Source: Candidatus Gastranaerophilales bacterium
GTDB taxonomy: Bacteria; Cyanobacteriota; Vampirovibrionia; Gastranaerophilales; Gastranaerophilaceae
Length of the DNA stretch: 64,000 nucleotides
Assembly (NCBI GenBank): GCA_910587375.1
Contig: CAJULR010000022.1
Location: 8,431-72,430, forward strand
Direction of reading: 5' to 3'
Below, in pieces: positions 52,621 to 63,108 of the stretch (position 1 is the stretch's first letter; each line of letters begins with the position of its first letter). The translations under genes were made by a program, and so were the position numbers. The notes beneath the pieces were generated by a model. It was given only the letters and a program-made list of their open reading frames with translations. It made no database searches and was not told the origin of the DNA.

Positions 52621-54255
52621 ATGGGAAATGAGAATTTAGAAACGCTAAAAAGCAATGATGGCAACACTTCCACGGACAAAAAAGATGAAGGTGGAGGCCT
52701 TTTTAAAGCTGCCTCCTGGATAGCCGTAATCATACTCCTGTCAAAGGTTGCAGGCTTTTTAAGGGATATTGTTGTTGCAAATTTTTATGGTGCAGGAATT
52801 GTGTCCGACGCATATTTTTACGCGTACCAAATTCCCGCCCTTGTGCTTGTGATTTTAGGAGGGGTCGGAGGGCCTTTCCACAGTGCCACTGTGGCCGTTT
52901 TTTCAAAGCTTATAACCGACTTTAAAGCAAAGCCGAAGGAGGATGTTAAAAAACTTTTTAATACCTTTGAAACCTTTACTATGCTTTTGTTTGCGGCTGC
53001 TGCGCTCCTTTGTTTCTTTTTCCCTGTGCAGATTATGCGGGTAATTATAAATGAGGGTTCGCAGGAATTAGTGAATTTAGCGGCATATCACCTTAAAATA
53101 ATGTCCCCAATTGTCTTTATTGGCTCTGTTATGGGACTTTATTACGGCATTTTGGTAACGTATAAGCGGTTTTTGCTCCCTAATATATCTCCTTCCATGC
53201 TCTCCTTGGGCATTGTGGCGGTTTTATTAATTACAAAAGGGGACAAAACCGGGTATTTATTGGCTTTGGGAACAACTATAGGTGCTATTTTGCAGTTATT
53301 AGTGCAAATGCCGGCTGTGGTGAAGCTTGGGTACAGTTTTCGACCAGCTTTTGACTTTTTTAAAAATAAAAGTTTTAGTGAAATTTTAGAACTTCTGTTT
53401 CCTGCATTTTTAAGCTCAACCATAGGCCAGTTGGGCGTTTATGTCGATATGTTCTTTTCTTCCGGCTTGAGAGAAGGAAGCTGGACAGCTTATGGATATG
53501 CAAACAGAATCTTTCAATTCCCTGTAGGAATGCTTTTGACAGCGATTTTAGTGCCCTTATTTCCTTTGTTTTCAAGGCTTGTGGCCAAAAAAGATGAGGA
53601 TGGTGTGCGTCATTACTTCCAAAAGGGGGTTGGCACACTTATATTTGTCGGAACTTACCTAATGACAGCGATTTTTGTCGTTCGAACCGACGCAATCCGC
53701 TTGGCGCTTCAAAGAGGGGCTTTTGATAATGAGGCAACAATTGTCGTGTCTGAAATCCTTTTCTATATCACACTTTCAATCATTCCATATGTCTTTAGGG
53801 ACAGTGCCACAAGGCTTTTCTACTCTTTTAATGACTCAAAAACACCGTTTTTAATAGCTATGGCTTGCATTGTTTTAAAATGCGTTCTAAATATAATTTT
53901 AGTGAAACCCCTTGGTATTAACGGGATTGCCCTTTCTACAACCCTTGTAACCCTATTTAACGCTGTAAGTTTGGGGATTTTACTCCGCAAAAAAATACAA
54001 ATTGGCTATACAAGGCTGTTAAAAAATGTCTATAAGATAATAATATCGGGAACTTTGGCCTTTTTATCAGGCTATTTTGTGAGTGAAATTTTTGACAAAT
54101 TTGTTGCCTGGGGTTTTGTGGCAGGGGTGATAAAACTTGTTATTATAGGGCTTGTAATGCTTGTTGTATATGGGCTTTGCGCCTGGTTTACAAAAATTGA
54201 ATATTTGAATGATTTAATTGAACGGGTGAAAAACCGCGGGAAAGTTGAAGCATAG
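52621..54255 (+). CDS. murJ: lipid II flippase MurJ (MviN family)
   Basis: KVAGFLRDIVVANFYGAG..SDAYF.AYQIP is the hallmark MurJ N-terminus. About 14 TM helices. The start is 1 nt after the upstream stop. Confidence 0.9.
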   Translation: MGNENLETLKSNDGNTSTDKKDEGGGLFKAASWIAVIILLSKVAGFLRDIVVANFYGAGIVSDAYFYAYQIPALVLVILGGVGGPFHSATVAVFSKLITDFKAKPKEDVKKLFNTFETFTMLLFAAAALLCFFFPVQIMRVIINEGSQELVNLAAYHLKIMSPIVFIGSVMGLYYGILVTYKRFLLPNISPSMLSLGIVAVLLITKGDKTGYLLALGTTIGAILQLLVQMPAVVKLGYSFRPAFDFFKNKSFSEILELLFPAFLSSTIGQLGVYVDMFFSSGLREGSWTAYGYANRIFQFPVGMLLTAILVPLFPLFSRLVAKKDEDGVRHYFQKGVGTLIFVGTYLMTAIFVVRTDAIRLALQRGAFDNEATIVVSEILFYITLSIIPYVFRDSATRLFYSFNDSKTPFLIAMACIVLKCVLNIILVKPLGINGIALSTTLVTLFNAVSLGILLRKKIQIGYTRLLKNVYKIIISGTLAFLSGYFVSEIFDKFVAWGFVAGVIKLVIIGLVMLVVYGLCAWFTKIEYLNDLIERVKNRGKVEA

Positions 54256-54272
54256 GAAAACGGGGCTAAAAA

Positions 54273-54887
54273 GTGGACTTGACGGATTTTGACGGTAAAT
54301 TATCAAAAGGCGAAATTTTAGGCTTTGAAACAGACACTGTCTGGGGTTTGGGGTGTTTGCCGAATGACGGCACCGCTGTGGATAAAATTTATGAAATTAA
54401 GGGCAGGGACCGCTCCAAGCCTTTGATTTTAATGAGTAATAATCTTGAAAGTCTTTTGCCGTATGTTGTTTCTGTGCCTGATTATGCTAAAAACCTTATG
54501 GATAGGCATTTTCCAGGGGCCTTAACTTTAATATTTGAAAAATCGGAACTCACTCCATTTTCTATAACATCCGGCAAAAACACTGTGGGGATTAGAATTC
54601 CAGCCCATTCGGGATTTTGTGAAATTTGTTCTAAAATTGGGGATGAAAATGGGGGAAAATTGGGTGAAACTTGGGGCGGGGTGCTTGCTACGACCTCTTT
54701 AAACCGCTCGAATGAGCCCCCCGTAAAGGATTACAAGGAGGCCATCAAAGAATTTGGCTATGAATTTGGAGACGGGGTAAAAATAATAAAACCTGAAAAA
54801 CCTTGTAGCATAGGGGTTTCATCCACAGTGGTGCTCTGCACCGGCCCCGCGCCTGTTGTTTTAAGGCAAGGGAATGTGGAGATATAA
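54273..54887 (+). CDS. tsaC: L-threonylcarbamoyladenylate synthase (YrdC/TsaC family)
   Basis: ETDTVWGLGC...IYEIKGRDRSKPL and PGALTLI motifs. GTG start. Confidence 0.85.
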   Translation: MDLTDFDGKLSKGEILGFETDTVWGLGCLPNDGTAVDKIYEIKGRDRSKPLILMSNNLESLLPYVVSVPDYAKNLMDRHFPGALTLIFEKSELTPFSITSGKNTVGIRIPAHSGFCEICSKIGDENGGKLGETWGGVLATTSLNRSNEPPVKDYKEAIKEFGYEFGDGVKIIKPEKPCSIGVSSTVVLCTGPAPVVLRQGNVEI

Positions 54888-54931
54888 CATTTATTAAAAT
54901 TTAATTTTTAAAGCTCTTTTATTTCAGAGTT

Positions 54932-56413
<1,482 letters not shown>

Positions 56414-56493
56414 TTAATATTTATGAGTGTTTCGGCGCAAAAATATTTTTGCAGGAGATTTAGAATAATAAAACTATAATGAGGAATTAATTT

Positions 56494-57108
56494 ATGAGAA
56501 TAGCGCCTGTGGCACTTAACAATGTAAGCATTATGTCTTTTGAAAGAAAGAAGAGAGCGGCTTTTTCAATTCCTGTGCAAGCGGAAGAAGACACCTTTTC
56601 AAGAAGAGAAGACACCTATACAAAAAGATATAAAGAGCTTTTAAGAGAGGCAAACAGGAAAATGCGTCTTGATGATGTACAAAAAACTTATATCAGTGCA
56701 AAAGATATTGAATTTTTAATGGAAATTAAAGATGATAAAAAGTTTAAAAGCCTTATAACAATGCCCGTAGCCGCTTCTGATAAAAATGATGAAGAATTTA
56801 TCAACATATTTTTATTCACTGACGCAGACGCCACAAGAAAGCTTGCAAAAAGGCTAGGGGACAGAACTGCTTTGAAAAAGCTTCTTTCCCAAAAATATGG
56901 ATATGGCGATAGAACCGTATTTTTTGCAATTGCGGAAAATGATGATGTGAAAAAGGCAAAAGCGCTTCAGGAAAATTTATCTGCCAAAGAATTTAAGAAA
57001 TTTATGAGCGCAAAAGATTATTTATATGAAACTCCGTATTCTATTGCACAAGAAAAAGATGGGGCGCTGAAAGCCTTGCTGGACCCTATTTTTGCGAGTG
57101 AAACATAA
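56494..57108 (+). CDS. hypothetical protein (204 aa)
   Basis: Track ORF. No recognised domain. Confidence 0.5.
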   Translation: MRIAPVALNNVSIMSFERKKRAAFSIPVQAEEDTFSRREDTYTKRYKELLREANRKMRLDDVQKTYISAKDIEFLMEIKDDKKFKSLITMPVAASDKNDEEFINIFLFTDADATRKLAKRLGDRTALKKLLSQKYGYGDRTVFFAIAENDDVKKAKALQENLSAKEFKKFMSAKDYLYETPYSIAQEKDGALKALLDPIFASET

Positions 57109-57212
57109 CTTAACATAAGATATAAAGATTGTATTAAAAAAAACGGTTTTCGATTTTTTTTACCTTATAATTCTAAACAAGAAGAGAAGGACACCTTTAA
57201 AAAGGAGAAAAA

Positions 57213-57539
57213 ATGCAAGCTGTACTTACAAATAGTGTTAATGTTAATGCAGAGTATAATTTGGACCAAACCCTTGAAAGATTGTTCAATGATTTGGATA
57301 CGGCAGATAATATGACAAAAAACGCCATTGAAAATGACGTTGTGAAATTTGGTCGTGACGCTGCAGATTTTCTTGTAAATAAGGTGAGAACAGCAAAAGG
57401 CGCACAAAGAGGCGTTGCTGCGATGAGTTTAATTAGAATTGGTGAAGATTCAATTAAACCTTTAAAAGAAGCCGCAACAAAAGATATGAATTTTCAATGG
57501 GTTGCAAATTATTTAATCAGAGAAATTTCCGGAAGATAG
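57213..57539 (+). CDS. hypothetical protein, possibly HEAT/PBS-lyase-like repeat
   Basis: AQRGVAAMSLIRIGEDSIKPLKEA resembles a HEAT-like repeat unit. AAGGAG upstream. Weak call. Confidence 0.45.
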   Translation: MQAVLTNSVNVNAEYNLDQTLERLFNDLDTADNMTKNAIENDVVKFGRDAADFLVNKVRTAKGAQRGVAAMSLIRIGEDSIKPLKEAATKDMNFQWVANYLIREISGR

Positions 57540-57749
57540 GCTCATAGAAAGGCTTTAGATGGCATAAGCCAATAAAGTTTCTTGTCTTTTCGTCTAATAG
57601 TAAAAATTAAAATAAGCCGAATAAATAGTCATTTTTGGCAATGAAGATAGCTTAGCAAGAGTGCATAATTCAATCAAAAGATATGAAATATGCACTCTTT
57701 GCATTTTTAAAAAAGTAAAAAAGTTAATCTTTAATTTAAAGGAGGAAAG

Positions 57750-59771
57750 ATGACTATTAAAAAAATCGTATTAACAGCAACGGCTGTAGCAACCATGTTT
57801 GCATTTACAGTGCCCGTGAGCTTTGCAGCATGTTCAACAGGGTCAGCATGCTCTATAGATTCTCTAAATCAGGTAAATCCGAGCACTGCAACATGTTCAA
57901 AATGCAAATCTTCAATGGATTCTTGCAAATGTAAAAAAAAGAGTTTTTTCAGAAACTATTTCAAAAGAAACAAATGCAACCCATGCGAAACGGGAGCAGC
58001 AGCACCGTGCGACCCTTGCAAAGTGAAAAAAAATGATTGCGACCCTTGCAAGGTGAAAGAAAAATGTGACCCATGCAACAAGCCAAAGTGCGATAAATGC
58101 TCTACAGGCGTAGGCTCAAGCTGTCTTAACCAAAGAACACACTCAAATATGCAAGTTTATGCATACCCGGGTGCAATTTATTCCCCTGCAAACGTAGCAG
58201 TTACAGGTGAAGCTACAAACAATTCAGTAGTTTCAGACCAAACAATCGCAGAAATTCCTATTACCCCCGGCGTTCGCCTTTCTGATGATTGTGTAACAGG
58301 TGCTGCAGCGCCGATTATCGACCCTGCATTACTTCCGCCTAAAGAAGACTGCTGCCCTGGAGCTGATGTACAATCTCCAAATTCTATGCAGGCAATTTAT
58401 AAAGAAATGGAAAAATGTGACACTTGTGCAACTTCTAAGAAAGACTGCGGTTGTGCAACAGGCGGCGCAAGCCACTTAGGCAGCCAAAGCTATCCTGACG
58501 TTCCTGATAGATACTGGGCTTCTGCTGATATCAACCGTTTAACAGACCAATGTATCGTTGTAGGGTATCCTGATGACTTGTTTAAACCTAATAAAAACGT
58601 AACAAGAGCCGAAATGGCAGCTATGGTTGTGAAAGGTTTCAACCTTGAATCTACCCAAATGACTGAAGCAGGAAACTTTGCCGATGTTCCTTACAGCCAC
58701 TGGGCTCATGATTTCATTAACAAAGGCGTAAGCGCTGATATGCTTGCAGGTCACTCTTCAAATAAATTCTTACCGAATAACCACATTACAAGAGCGGAAG
58801 CTTTAACAATTATGTCTAAAGGCTTGAAATGTCCTATGGACAACTGTAAAGCCGAAGAAATCCTTGCTAAGTTCAGAGATGGTGCCCAAGTTCCAAACTG
58901 GGCAAGAGAATGTGTTGCAAAAGCAATTGACGTTGGTGCTCTTAAAGATTCAAAATCATCTGATTTAATCAGACCGAATGAAAATGCTACAAGGGCAGAA
59001 ATTGCAACTATGCTTCAAAACACAAGAATTGCAGGCGGATATGACAAAAATGCTCCTGAAATGACCGCTATGGGCCCTGCTAAGACAACTTATGTTGAAA
59101 AGGAAACCCCTGTTTGCATTCCTACTCTTGAACTTACAATGAAGGATCAGGTTAATGCTAAAAATGCTAACGTTGGCGAACAATTTGCGGCAGAAACCAC
59201 TCATGAAATTACAATTAACGGTGTAACATATCCTTGTGGAAGCCGTGTAAACGGTAAAATCACCGAAGTTATAAGACCGTCTAAATGCAACCCGGGCGCA
59301 ATCAAACTTTCATTCACTGAAATCGTTGGCTGCGACGGCTGCAAACAAATTCTTCCAAAACAAGTGTTAACAGCTAAAGTTGAAAAATGTAAAGATGTTA
59401 ACCCTGTTGTAAGATTAATCCAAATGCCATTCACATTTGTTGGGTCTACTTTAGGCCTTGCAGGACGTACTGTTGGTGGTGCTGCGATTGGTTTAAGCAA
59501 CGCTGTTGAAGGTTTGTTTGACCAAGTTGGTACAGGTACCGGCGAAATCCTTTCAGGACAATTTAAAGCCGGTGGCAGAAGCTATATTGACGGTATCAAG
59601 ACAACAGTTAAAGCTCCTGTGGACATCGTAAGAACTGCAGCTGTAGGTACAGCAGGTTTATTCAACAACACTGTTGATGAAGTAGCTTATGTAATTGACG
59701 GCGCAGGCAACAGAATCACAAGAGTGAACCCGAAAGATAAAATGACCATCGCCTTTGGCAACAACAAATAG
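57750..59771 (+). CDS. SLH-domain envelope protein with Cys-rich N-terminal region
   Basis: Signal peptide (..VPVSFA|A). Tandem C(D/N)PC repeats. Three S-layer-homology units (YPDVPDRYWAS...TRAEMA; FADVPYSHWAH...TRAEAL; VPNWAREC...TRAEIA). GGAGGA site upstream. Confidence 0.85.
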   Translation: MTIKKIVLTATAVATMFAFTVPVSFAACSTGSACSIDSLNQVNPSTATCSKCKSSMDSCKCKKKSFFRNYFKRNKCNPCETGAAAPCDPCKVKKNDCDPCKVKEKCDPCNKPKCDKCSTGVGSSCLNQRTHSNMQVYAYPGAIYSPANVAVTGEATNNSVVSDQTIAEIPITPGVRLSDDCVTGAAAPIIDPALLPPKEDCCPGADVQSPNSMQAIYKEMEKCDTCATSKKDCGCATGGASHLGSQSYPDVPDRYWASADINRLTDQCIVVGYPDDLFKPNKNVTRAEMAAMVVKGFNLESTQMTEAGNFADVPYSHWAHDFINKGVSADMLAGHSSNKFLPNNHITRAEALTIMSKGLKCPMDNCKAEEILAKFRDGAQVPNWARECVAKAIDVGALKDSKSSDLIRPNENATRAEIATMLQNTRIAGGYDKNAPEMTAMGPAKTTYVEKETPVCIPTLELTMKDQVNAKNANVGEQFAAETTHEITINGVTYPCGSRVNGKITEVIRPSKCNPGAIKLSFTEIVGCDGCKQILPKQVLTAKVEKCKDVNPVVRLIQMPFTFVGSTLGLAGRTVGGAAIGLSNAVEGLFDQVGTGTGEILSGQFKAGGRSYIDGIKTTVKAPVDIVRTAAVGTAGLFNNTVDEVAYVIDGAGNRITRVNPKDKMTIAFGNNK

Positions 59772-59828
59772 TGCCATAGATGAAGTGGAAATTGCCTTAT
59801 CTTTAAAGGTAACCGTAATAAAGATAAA

Positions 59829-59862
59829 AAGGACAAGCGTAATAACTTGTCCTTTTTGTTTT
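59829..59862 (+). terminator. intrinsic terminator after the SLH gene
   Basis: 9-bp stem aaggacaag/cttgtcctt followed by TTTGTTTT. Confidence 0.75.
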
Positions 59863-59920
59863 AAAAAGTTTGAATTGAAAAGCTTGAAACCCGGGTTAAA
59901 AAGTTTATTTGATATGGGAT

Positions 59921-60175
59921 TTAGCCTTGCATTAAATCATCGTAGTTTAAATTGTGAGCTCTTGCATAGTCAATAAAAAGAGCTTCTTTTTCAGATAATC
60001 TTTTTGTGAATTTTAAAACTTTGCTTTCGTCAATTGCTTTTCTGCCGCTGTTTTTGCGGGCTCCGCCCCATTTGTATTTTTCTACTTCTTTTTGAACTTC
60101 TGCTTTTAACTCTGCTTGTTCTTCGGGTGTTAAGAGTTCTTTTATCAAATCATCATTTGTTTTTAGTCTTTTCAT
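59921..60175 (-). CDS. putative antitoxin (84 aa) of a type II TA pair
   Basis: Its ATG overlaps the stop of the upstream toxin-like gene by 4 nt (ATGA). Small, charged protein. Family not recognised. Confidence 0.55.
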   Translation of the reverse strand: MKRLKTNDDLIKELLTPEEQAELKAEVQKEVEKYKWGGARKNSGRKAIDESKVLKFTKRLSEKEALFIDYARAHNLNYDDLMQG

Positions 60176-60495
60176 AAAATTTCATTCCTTATATATTTTT
60201 CTATATTTGACATCGCTTCAATTTTATATCTTTCGGGGGCTTTTTGTGTTTTCTTTAATACAACAAGACCGATTATTATAATACTGTTTTTATGGTACAT
60301 AAAATAAATTCTGATTTTATCGCACTTCATTTCGAATAAACCTTGTTTGTTTAGCTGTCTGCAGTTTACAGCGTCTTTTCCGAGCTGTTCAAACAAGCTT
60401 ACTGTGCGCAAGGTTCTTTTTAAATTTTGTTTATCAAGAGCTTTTAAATCTTCTTCAGCTTCTTTAGCGTATCTTGCCTCAAAAAGTTTTCCCAT
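60172..60495 (-). CDS. RelE/ParE-superfamily toxin, phage Gp49-like
   Basis: From the internal ATG 60495: MGKLFEARYAKEAEEDLKALDKQ...GLFEMKCDKIRIYFMYHKNSIIIIGLVVLKKTQKAP resembles Gp49/HigB-like toxins. Confidence 0.65.
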   Translation of the reverse strand: MGKLFEARYAKEAEEDLKALDKQNLKRTLRTVSLFEQLGKDAVNCRQLNKQGLFEMKCDKIRIYFMYHKNSIIIIGLVVLKKTQKAPERYKIEAMSNIEKYIRNEIL

Positions 60496-60573
60496 ATCCT
60501 TTATTATAACATCCAATTTGAAAAATGCAACGCATTTCAAGTTTGAATTGTTTTTAATTAAAGGAGGTGAAAA

Positions 60574-61053
60574 TTATCTCAAAAATGAAAGAAGGGTGAT
60601 GTTTGGCATGGCAAAGTGAATCCATAGGGCGCAGACAACCCCAAGCAAAGAGCCCATAAACACTTCAAAAGGCGTGTGCCCTAAAAGTTCTTTTAAAACT
60701 TCATATGGTTTGGTTTGGTTTGTATGTTCAATTATTTCGCCCACAAGCCTGTTTAAAGTGGCTGCGGTTTTTCCTGCTGCGCGGCGAAGACCTGCTGCGT
60801 CTTGAAGCACAATTAGGGCAAAACCTAAGGCAATTGCAAAAGACACAGATGTAAAGCCTTCAACAAGGCCGACAGAAACAGAAAGGCTTATAACCCCTGC
60901 CGAATGAGAGCTTGGCATGCCGCCTGTTGTTGTAAAAATTTTAAAGTTCATTTTTTTGTGGGTTAAAAAGTAAAAAATAACCTTCAAAATTTGTGCAAAG
61001 CATGCACTTGCTATTCCTGTAAAAATTACCTCAAGTCCCGTATTATAAAACAC
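60574..61053 (-). CDS. divergent PAP2-family membrane protein (DUF212/YuiD-like)
   Basis: GGMPSSHSA and LKELLGHTPFEV motifs with 4 TM segments. Confidence 0.8.
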   Translation of the reverse strand: MFYNTGLEVIFTGIASACFAQILKVIFYFLTHKKMNFKIFTTTGGMPSSHSAGVISLSVSVGLVEGFTSVSFAIALGFALIVLQDAAGLRRAAGKTAATLNRLVGEIIEHTNQTKPYEVLKELLGHTPFEVFMGSLLGVVCALWIHFAMPNITLLSFLR

Positions 61054-61062
61054 TTTTTTATC

Positions 61063-61944
61063 CTACTCCAGTGAATTAACGATTTTTTCCAATACTTCAG
61101 TTTTTATATTGTCTTTTTCAAGTATATCATAACATTCCTGAATTATGTTTTTTAATTTTTCTGTGGCTGTATCAAGGCCAAAAATTGTTACATAGGTTGA
61201 TTTGTTGGCATTTTCGTCTTTGCCCAGGGTTTTTCCCATAATGTCAGAGGTGCTTGTAACATCCAAAATATCGTCTTTTATCTGAAAGGCTAAGCCAAAT
61301 TTTTCGCCGAATTTTTCAATTGTATCAAGTTGGTCTTTATCTGCCCCGCCTAAAAGCGCGCCTGATATAAGAGAAAATTTAAAAAGAGCGCCTGTTTTAT
61401 ATTTGTGAATAAAGTTTAAGTGATGGGCGGAAATTTTTTCATTTCTGTTTTCCGCTTCTATGTCTGCCGTTTGTCCGCCGACAATGCCAAAGGCGCCTGC
61501 TGCAATTGAATATTGACGTAAAAGCTCTATTATTCTTTCAGATGGAATATTTTTCGGGGTTTTTTCGATGATAATTTGGGGCCCAAAAGAAATTAAGGCG
61601 TCCCCTGCAAGGGTTGCGATGGCTTCGCCATAAACCTTGTGGTTAGAGGGTTTTCCGCGTCTTAAATCGTCATTGTCCATACAGGGAAGGTCGTCATGGA
61701 TTAAACTTTGGGCATGGAGCATTTCAATGGCGCATGCTGTAGGAATTGCAGCTTTATAATCGCCTGAAAATATTCTGCAAGCTTCAAGACAAAAAACTGC
61801 CCTAAGCCTTTTTCCGCCAAGGCATGTTGTATATTTCATAGATTCTATAACGTCTTTAAACAGCGTATATTCAGGGTTTTGAAGCCTTTCATCAAAATAT
61901 TTTTCAAGGCTTTCTTCAATTATTTTTTTATATTCACTAATCAT
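61063..61944 (-). CDS. polyprenyl (farnesyl/geranylgeranyl) diphosphate synthase
   Basis: First and second Asp-rich motifs (LIHDDLPCMDNDDLRRG and FQIKDDILD). ATG 61944 is preceded by GGAGA and overlaps the rsgA stop by 8 nt. Confidence 0.9.
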   Translation of the reverse strand: MISEYKKIIEESLEKYFDERLQNPEYTLFKDVIESMKYTTCLGGKRLRAVFCLEACRIFSGDYKAAIPTACAIEMLHAQSLIHDDLPCMDNDDLRRGKPSNHKVYGEAIATLAGDALISFGPQIIIEKTPKNIPSERIIELLRQYSIAAGAFGIVGGQTADIEAENRNEKISAHHLNFIHKYKTGALFKFSLISGALLGGADKDQLDTIEKFGEKFGLAFQIKDDILDVTSTSDIMGKTLGKDENANKSTYVTIFGLDTATEKLKNIIQECYDILEKDNIKTEVLEKIVNSLE

Positions 61945-63007
61945 ATTCATTCTCCAAATCGTTCTCTTGGCCATATTTTTCGCGGTGTTGAAGCACAAGG
62001 TTTTTTGTTGCTTGGTTAATTTTTTTTCTTGAAACCGCTCGCTTTTTATTGCTTATTTTTGCAAAATCTTTGTTATTATTGGTTTTAGAGGTTGTTTCTT
62101 CCTTTGTTCCTTCGTATGTAACTTTTTCTTTATATTTTTTTGCTTCACTTAAAAATTCAACATAGCTTTCATATCTTGAAATGTCAATTGTATCAAGGTT
62201 TTTTATTACGTTACATTCTTCATCTTCGCCCAAAATGTGAAGGCAGTCTGAATATTTACACTCTTTTTTCAGTTCTTTAATTTCAGGAAAATAATCCCCA
62301 AGGTCTTTTGGAAGAATAAAATCAAAGGTGAGCCTTGAAAAGCCCGGTGTGTCTGTTATTTTAAAGTCGCCAAAGTCTAAAATTTCAGAGTGTCTTGTGG
62401 TGTGCACTCCTCTTTTTAGTTTTTCACTGACATTTTTTGTCCTTATGTTAAATTCCGGGTTTAGGGCATTTAAAATGGAGCTTTTGCCAACGCCGGACTG
62501 GCCTGTGAGCGCTATAGTTTTTCCTTTTATAAGTTTTTTTAAGTCGCAAAGCCCGTCTTTGCTTAATGCAGAGGTGAAAACAATCTCATAACCTAATGGT
62601 TTATAGATATTTGAGATTTTTTCTTTCATAATTGAAAGTTCGGCTTCGTTTGTTAAATCATCCTTGTTAAAACACAAAAGAGCAGGGATTTTGTGATATT
62701 TAAGAAATGTTAAATATCTGTTAAGTTGGGTAAAGTTTAAATCGGGCTCAAGAAGCGCAGACACCACAAGCATAAGGTCTAAATTTGAAACGGCAGGCCT
62801 TTTGCAGAAATTTTTTCTTGTTAAAACCTTTACAATTGCATTGTTATTTTCAATTTCAACAAAATCTCCGACAACAATTCTTTCTTTTTTTTTCTTTAAA
62901 ATTTCCCTTAATTTGCACTCTACAAGGGCAGTATCGCCTTTTTTTCCGTTTGGCATTACATAGTAAAAGTCTGAATGAATTTTATAAACCGTGCCTATCA
63001 TCTTCAT
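61937..63007 (-). CDS. rsgA: ribosome small-subunit-dependent GTPase A with Lys-rich C-terminal tail
   Basis: OB-fold start (GTVYKIHSDFYYV), circularly permuted GTPase motifs (NKDDL ... GQSGVGKSS) and a C...C.H....C zinc knuckle. The start could be 63007 or 63001 (track start 63040). Confidence 0.85.
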   Translation of the reverse strand: MKMIGTVYKIHSDFYYVMPNGKKGDTALVECKLREILKKKKERIVVGDFVEIENNNAIVKVLTRKNFCKRPAVSNLDLMLVVSALLEPDLNFTQLNRYLTFLKYHKIPALLCFNKDDLTNEAELSIMKEKISNIYKPLGYEIVFTSALSKDGLCDLKKLIKGKTIALTGQSGVGKSSILNALNPEFNIRTKNVSEKLKRGVHTTRHSEILDFGDFKITDTPGFSRLTFDFILPKDLGDYFPEIKELKKECKYSDCLHILGEDEECNVIKNLDTIDISRYESYVEFLSEAKKYKEKVTYEGTKEETTSKTNNNKDFAKISNKKRAVSRKKINQATKNLVLQHREKYGQENDLENEYD

Positions 63008-63108
63008 TAAAATAATAGACAAATAACGCCCTTTTTGCAATTATTTTCTATTATATTATAATGTTTAGGTAACGAATATATTTTAGCTTGGGGAAGGTTA
63101 AATTAAAT

